A stretch of DNA of 64,000 nucleotides from Geosiphon pyriformis uo1 (lineage: Eukaryota > Fungi > Glomeromycota). Where the stretch lies: assembly GCA_016748015.1 (NCBI GenBank), contig JAAOMT010000058.1, positions 1-64,000 of the forward strand. Reading direction: 5' to 3'. The translations under genes were made by a program, and so were the position numbers. The notes under the pieces are model-generated. The model was not told the DNA's origin, ran no database searches, and saw nothing but the letters and a program-made list of their open reading frames with translations. This document shows, one piece after another, positions 56,896 to 64,000 of this stretch; position 1 is the first letter of the stretch, and each line of letters begins with the position of its first letter.

Positions 56896-59631
56896 CTGCC
56901 CTTCAAGGCATACAAACTGCTTTGGGACAAAGAAACAACACCTTACTACCCCTATTCAGAGGTGATGCCCAAGATCCAATTGAATGGTTGGACAATTTTG
57001 AAAGAGCAGCTACTGCAAACCAGTATGATGATGAATACAAGTTCCAAATTGTTGGTGGCTACTTCCAAGGCTCCCCTGCTACCTGGTTTTCACAAGAAAC
57101 CAATGTTGATGTTCAACAAAGAATTGTTAGATGGACCCCAGCAAATATTAGAGAAAACAACATCTCTTTTACTACCCAGTTTGAAAACAAATTCAGAACT
57201 CCCATTTTAATATCCAAATGGCGTATGGAATTAGAAAGAAGAACCCAAGGTCCTGGTGAAATTGTGACCAAATATGCCAAAGCAATTAGAAAATTCATCA
57301 AGTGTGTAGACTCTGGTAGAAACTGGACTGAAGAGCAAAAGATCCACTCTTTTACAAAAGGATTGAAAACTGATTTATCATATGCTCTTTGGCCTTTCTT
57401 GGCTCTGAAAGACAATCCTACAATGAATATGGCTATTGAACTCACCCAATGGATTGAAGATAACCAAAGAATATATCTGGGATCCACACTTCCAATTTTT
57501 GCTACTGCTTCTGTTATGGCCCCTGCTCTTCAAGTGGCTGCTACTTCTTTTGCTGCTCAAACTCAAGACCCAAATGAACAATTGATAGATAGACTCACAG
57601 CTAATCTTGCCCAGTTATTAAAACTGTTGGCACAAGCAGTTAGAGATAACCAGCAACCACCAAGACTTAGATATAAACCTCATTTTAACCAGTCCCAGCA
57701 ACCTCCCTATCAAAGACAGCAAAATTGTGGCCCACCTGTATGCTATTATTGTGGATTAACTGGACATTATTCAAGAGATTATAACAATTCTTTACTGCCT
57801 CCTCCAGCTCTTAGAAACAATGACAACCAAAACAACAGACCAAACAACAACAACAATGTCCCCAATCAAAGACCTAATCATGCCAACATCAATTTCTTTG
57901 GAGAGGATCCCCTAGTTGAAGCCATTGTTTATCAGCCTTTAAACTGGTAAGTGCACCTCCAAAGGGTAAGAGTGCAAGCCAACCAGAAGAAAACTCTTTT
58001 TATGCTTTTAACTTAACTGATGATGACCATGACATGAATGAACTAGCAATCAACACCTCAGAACCAACCAGAAAGAAGAAGAAAGCCAAGATTGATTTCA
58101 TTCTAAACCCCAACAAAGCCTCAACTTCTGCTGCTGATAACAATGAACCACCAAAGGCTAAAATTTTTAAGAATCCTCCAAAGTTAGAACCCCCAGAAAT
58201 TGTACAAAAATCTGGACCCTATTCCATTGTCAAAGATCTCATGGAAACCCCAACACATATTACCTTTGGCCAGTTAATGACCCACCCACAGTTCAGAAAA
58301 GATTTTCACAAATTCTTGATTCCAAAGAAGAAGACACCAAAAACCAACAAGTGCTCTCGCCAAGTTGGACTTGCTGACAACAGCAATGTCACCCCTCTGA
58401 TTTGTAAAGCCCAAGTGGATGGATACTTCATTGACTTAATTTTGAACAGTGAATCATCTGTTAGTGTCATTGCCAAACACTTCTTGGAAGCAATTGGTAG
58501 AAAGATTGATGAACCTTTCACCAGACCAATGACCAATGTACATGGTGACAAAAAAAAAAACTGGGTATTGCCAAAGCTGTTCCTGTCTACATCAATGGAA
58601 TCAGCATTGAAATTGACATGGAAGTTTCTGAAGCCAAGGAATACACCATCATTGTTGGCAATGAATGACTCAAAAAAGCAAAAGCTTTGCTTGATTATGA
58701 ACTTTGTGAATTAACCATCAGATGTGGTGAGAAATCCATTGTAGTTAAGTGTTGCCATTGGGCAACTCTCCCAGTACCCAAACAAAACCAAGAAGAAAAA
58801 CAATTAGATGAATCAGATAATAAAGAGACAATGAAGAAGAAGAACAAGAAGAGCAAGAAGAAACTGCTGAACTTGCCTATACCACTTTCATCAACAATGG
58901 CAAACTACTGGACAATGTTAAAGCAGACAAAGAAAGAATCATTGTAAATGGCAAGCTGATCTGCTGGCCTTATTATAATATTCTTAGAAGAACCTTTAAA
59001 AGAAAACCTGGCAAAAAAGCCAAATACAGTTTTTGGTGGCATGGTTTTTGTGCCCAGTATTGGTACAACAAACTCTTGTATTCTCTAAGCAATGAATGCA
59101 AATCATGCCTGATCTATTACAGAGATTGAGAACCAATCAGTTTGATACCCAAAAAAGAATTGAAAGAAGTACAGAAGTCCTTTGAGAATAAACCATCTGA
59201 GATCCAATCACTGGTTGTAGAACAAAAAGAACCCTTCCCAGAAGAAAGAAAAATAGACATTGAAAATTTGCTGGCTAGAAATAGCCCAGTTATCTCCAAA
59301 GAAGGTGATACTCCTGGACGTTGTTACTAGTAGAATTTTAGCTATTAATTAGCATGAAATTACTCTTATAATTCTTATAATTCATTAGTATATTAATATC
59401 ATTTCAAATTATCATTTATTATTTAATCAATTATCACATATCACGATTCAATTAAAATAATCTAATTAGTATAACAGAAAGTAAGATGATCAAATTACAC
59501 AATACCCTGAACTTTGTAACATTCAAAAATTCGCCGAAATTTACAGAAATTCGCCGAAATTATGAATAGTTCATCCAAATTAATCAATAGTTCAGCAAAA
59601 TAACTTGTAGTTCATCAAAATGTATCTTTAG

Positions 59632-60319
59632 NNNNNNNNNNNNNNNNNNNNNNNNNNNNNNNNNNNNNNNNNNNNNNNNNNNNNNNNNNNNNNNNNNNNN
59701 NNNNNNNNNNNNNNNNNNNNNNNNNNNNNNNNNNNNNNNNNNNNNNNNNNNNNNNNNNNNNNNNNNNNNNNNNNNNNNNNNNNNNNNNNNNNNNNNNNNN
59801 NNNNNNNNNNNNNNNNNNNNNNNNNNNNNNNNNNNNNNNNNNNNNNNNNNNNNNNNNNNNNNNNNNNNNNNNNNNNNNNNNNNNNNNNNNNNNNNNNNNN
59901 NNNNNNNNNNNNNNNNNNNNNNNNNNNNNNNNNNNNNNNNNNNNNNNNNNNNNNNNNNNNNNNNNNNNNNNNNNNNNNNNNNNNNNNNNNNNNNNNNNNN
60001 NNNNNNNNNNNNNNNNNNNNNNNNNNNNNNNNNNNNNNNNNNNNNNNNNNNNNNNNNNNNNNNNNNNNNNNNNNNNNNNNNNNNNNNNNNNNNNNNNNNN
60101 NNNNNNNNNNNNNNNNNNNNNNNNNNNNNNNNNNNNNNNNNNNNNNNNNNNNNNNNNNNNNNNNNNNNNNNNNNNNNNNNNNNNNNNNNNNNNNNNNNNN
60201 NNNNNNNNNNNNNNNNNNNNNNNNNNNNNNNNNNNNNNNNNNNNNNNNNNNNNNNNNNNNNNNNNNNNNNNNNNNNNNNNNNNNNNNNNNNNNNNNNNNN
60301 NNNNNNNNNNNNNNNNNNN
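59632..60319. other. Assembly gap (N run); a second gap at 62953-63050
   Basis: Runs of n in the sequence. Confidence 1.
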
Positions 60320-63084
60320 ACATTACCAACATTTAAGAAAAGAGACCAAAAACCTCTGGTAACATTTGGTGCTCTCCCACAGAAATAACACAGCAACAAC
60401 AAATTCAAAGTGGCGACCACACCAGACACAGCAACTCTAGAGTATTACCAGTCAATTTACACCCACTGCAAGCAAAGATTCAACATTCCAGACGGAATTG
60501 AAATTGTAAAGAAATCAGTATACCAATACATTGAAAACCGCATCAACAATTATCTTTTTGGAAACTACAATATTTCAGAAGTTAGAAGCAACCTCTACAA
60601 TAATTTAGTGCATTATTCACATTTAGGAACAGAAGACCTGAACAGTGAAACACTTGCTACCTACTTTCAAGAACTTAATTTTAATATTATTAAGCATTGT
60701 GAAGAAAAATACCCAGTACAGTCTAAATACTCTTTTGACTTTGAATCAGAGACAGAAACAAGCAATAAAGGCAAACAAAGATTGAAGCAATATTCAAGAA
60801 CCACTCCAAACACTCCAACACTACAAAAAACAACTGCCAAACACTTGCAAACACCTAAACAAGGAACCAGTGTCAAATTACCACTTTCTATTACACTATT
60901 TCCAATTTTACTTGTTCAACCACAAACACCAAGTTCACCACTTAGCTGTTTCTCCAGACCAAAAGATTTTCAGTCACCTAGAAATCCTACTCAACAGCAG
61001 GAACCAATATCAACAAGTGCCAATATCATTGATTACTTACAGGAAAACGAAAGTAATCACTCAGAAAGCTTGGAAAGTAAAGAAACTGAATCAGAACCAG
61101 AAGAAATTTCAGAAAACGAAGAAGAAATAGCAACTGCTTACATTGCAAAAATCCCAGAATTCACTGGTGAAGACAATGATACCAGTCCCCAAGAATGGCT
61201 TAACAAAGTTCAAAAAGCAGGAGATGCAAATGGTTGGATTGCAGCAAGAATGCTCAAAGCAATTCTCTACTTTCTCCAAGAAACAGCAGAAAAATGGTTT
61301 GAAAATTTAGAAAAACCATTTGAAAACTGGCAAGCATTCAAAGATGCTTTTCTACAACAATTCACTGACAACAATACCTCTATCACTCTCAGAAACCACT
61401 TTTGCAATATCAAACAAGAAACATCTGAATCTGTTATGACCTATCTTGGAAGATTTAACAAACTTCTCAGATGAATCTGACAATTGGAAACCAATGACTA
61501 CTATTCTGATGCTTAAATTCTGGATCAGTTTATAGCAGGGTTAAAAGACAAACTGATTAAGAAAGTCTGTCCACATGCTCCAGCAGACTTAGCAACTGCT
61601 ATTAAACATGCAAAGAGCTATGAAATGGCAATAGAAGAAGCAAATCACACCAAGCTTGTAAACCTTGCAATTGGAGAAACCAGCTCAGCAGCTGAAAAAA
61701 AGATAAACCAACTCACAAAAAAAGTTGAAAGCTACTTCACAAACCAACAACAACAGCAACAACAACCACAAAGATATCAACCCCCACAATGACACAACCA
61801 AAACAATTTTGGATCATCATCCAACAACCAATCTCAAAATTGTCATTATTGTGGAATTCCAGGGCACTGGAAACGAGGTTGTAGGAAATTACAAAGAGAC
61901 CAACAAAACAGGAGTAATCAACGTTACTCTTCACCACAACAATCCTATTACCAATCTCTACCACCAACTTATTATTTACCAAGACCACAAAATCAAAACA
62001 GTTACTATCCACCAGCTCCACAATCAATGCAGCAACAATATCAGCAACCTTTACCAATTCAGCCATATCAAACACCACCCATTCAACAATATCAAGTACC
62101 AGCAAGAAGATTGGTTCAACATAACCAATTTACACCCCAAAATCAATTGCAGAATAACCACAACAGAATCAATCCAAATAACCAGTTGGTTCCCCAAAAT
62201 TCAGGCCAGCAAAGACCCAATCACTATCACACTTAACCCAATTATCTTACAATACCAGAGGAATCGGATTTTCAACAAACTGCACTTTCTGAAGGTGAAA
62301 TCACAGCACCAAGATCAAACTCTTCCAACCACACCATTCCCCCAGCTCAAATTGCCCAAAATGCTAATCTGTCAGATATATTTCCATTTGAATTTAAGGC
62401 AAATGAATCACCATTTCTGCTTAGTAATGCAGCAGTCAATGAACAGAAAGCAATTACTGCCATGTACACAGAAGCTACAGTAGAAGGAAAACCTATTTGC
62501 TTAATCTTAGATAGTGGATCAGCTGAAAGTATCATCACTTACCAGCTGATGCAACAACTCAAACAAAATGTAGACAGACCAGCTCAAACAGTTATTGTCA
62601 CAGCTAATAATATGAAAAAGACTCCAGTAGGAGAAATTGATAATTTCCCTTTTTCAATTAATGGAATCACCATTCCAGTTAAAGTTCTTGTTATGGATGC
62701 ACCCTAATACCAAGCTCTAGTCAGAAATGATTGGCTTCTCAAGGCCAATGCAAACCTGAACTGGGAAACTCAAGAACTTAAAATCTCATACCAAGGACAA
62801 TATACCATAGTACCTGCAATCTGTGGTATCTTTAACAAACAATCAGAAAAAGCTCCAGTATTTGAATTTGAAGAGAAGAAAGAAATGCCACTTACTGAAA
62901 CCTACATGGCTCTTGGATCAACATCCAATTGGGCTGAAGAAACCGAACAAGANNNNNNNNNNNNNNNNNNNNNNNNNNNNNNNNNNNNNNNNNNNNNNNN
63001 NNNNNNNNNNNNNNNNNNNNNNNNNNNNNNNNNNNNNNNNNNNNNNNNNNTGAAAAGCAACCACCTCTACAACTTAAATATTTT

Positions 63085-63500
63085 GACAACCATGGCCAAG
63101 GAATCAGACCAGAAAAAGCACACAAAATTAATGCTGGATATGACTTGAGATACCCAGGAAAAGATACTTTGATTCTCCAACCAAAGTCTTTGACAAAAAT
63201 CAATCTAAAAATTGCTCTTGAAATTCCACCAGGAGCAATAGTTCAAATTGCCTTCAGATCATCATTGGCAAGCAAAGAAATCAATATTAGAGGAGGAGTT
63301 ATAGATGCAGGATATACTGGAGACATTACCATCATGTTACAGAATGAGACAGACAAACTATTCAAAATTGAACATGCTGAAAAAATTGCTCAAGCAATTT
63401 ACTTACCCTTAATCAACATTTCAGGGGTTTACAATCAGTAAACAACAGAAAACAATTGGGAAAAAGTGAAAGAGGAACTCAAGGTTTTGGTTCAACTGGA
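63085..63500 (+). pseudogene. dUTPase domain of element D (best preserved)
   Basis: All five trimeric dUTPase motifs: AGYDL, RSSLA, GVIDAGYTG, KIAQ, RGTQGFGSTG. Frameshift before motif V. Confidence 0.9.
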
Positions 63501-64000
63501 CAATTTACAGTTCCAGTAAACATAATTCTTAATACACAAAATGAATCTCACCAGATTCTTCAACTTCCTCAGCCAATTACCATTTCACCTTTTGGAGAAC
63601 ATCATGAAATTTACATTTGCTCAAAACCCACCACTACACAACAAATCTTTGAATCCAATGAACAAATCTGTTTGAAGCATGAAATATCAATTCCAACGTT
63701 TATATTCCCAAAGGAATGAAAAAATTTTGAGTTACATTCTACAATCCCAATAATTACCCTATTGTTTTATTAAACAAATTAGAAATTGGAATCATACACA
63801 GCAATATCTTTCAAGATAAAAACCCTCAAATTGTCTCTAATTTCATCGAAATTATAAAGCACATTTTACTCCCAAATCCAAATATCATTCCCACTACTGA
63901 AAACTACTACTTGTTGGAAGAAAAACTCTTTCGAATCAATATGGGTTCCTTAGAACCTCAATAACAAAGACAATTGAAACAATTAATAGCTGAATTTGCA

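Larger units (their letters stand above)
45468..59321 (+). mobile_element. Ty3/gypsy element B (5' part), inserted in LINE ORF2 and interrupted by C and D
   Basis: LTR 45468-46123 (TGTTAC...TAACA); PBS TGGTGCTCCCTGTGAGG; gag MAQDPMQVNILAA|LQGIQTALG rejoined across C; DPIEWL capsid; knuckle CYYCGLTGHYSRD; protease LILNSESS (LDSGS). The remainder would lie beyond element D. Confidence 0.85.
59322..64000 (+). mobile_element. Ty3/gypsy element D (5' part), inserted in pol of B; runs off the window
   Basis: LTR 59322-60364 (spans a gap); PBS TGGTGCTCTC; gag IPEFTGED..PQEWL; knuckle CHYCGIPGHWKRGC; protease LILDSGS; dUTPase AGYDL, RSSLA, GGVIDAGYTG, RGTQGFGSTG. Confidence 0.92.

Noticed and set aside
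59584-60429. Long ORFs with X runs
   Set aside because: They span an assembly gap.

Overview
Eukaryotic, intron-rich fungal DNA. Gene content, minor introns and transposon families suggest an early-diverging fungus, probably Glomeromycotina and Geosiphon-like; this is an inference, not a database match. Bases 1-30 kb hold 11 conserved housekeeping genes (HDAC11-like, SHP1/p47, TAH18/NDOR1, DID2, PEX7, LYS2, BRX1, MED1, RRS1, ELP4, AHA1) separated by very AT-rich islands. Three of these genes contain U12 (minor spliceosome) introns. Bases 30.5-64 kb are a nested, C>T/G>A-decayed retroelement stack: a solo LTR, a LINE, and four Ty3/gypsy-type LTR elements (A-D) with 4-bp target sites. Most notable observations: (1) the last AHA1 intron is a fully open reading frame whose 3' splice TAG is also its stop codon, so retention would add a Ser-rich linker and a transmembrane tail anchor to an Hsp90 co-chaperone; (2) the gypsy elements share an unusual design: an apparent GUG-initiated Gag extension with an ATG-free leader, a U5 segment that mimics the primer tRNA 3' end and can fold over the PBS, a Cys-rich module plus dUTPase between protease and RT, and a conserved non-env third ORF. 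Exon boundaries were read by eye.
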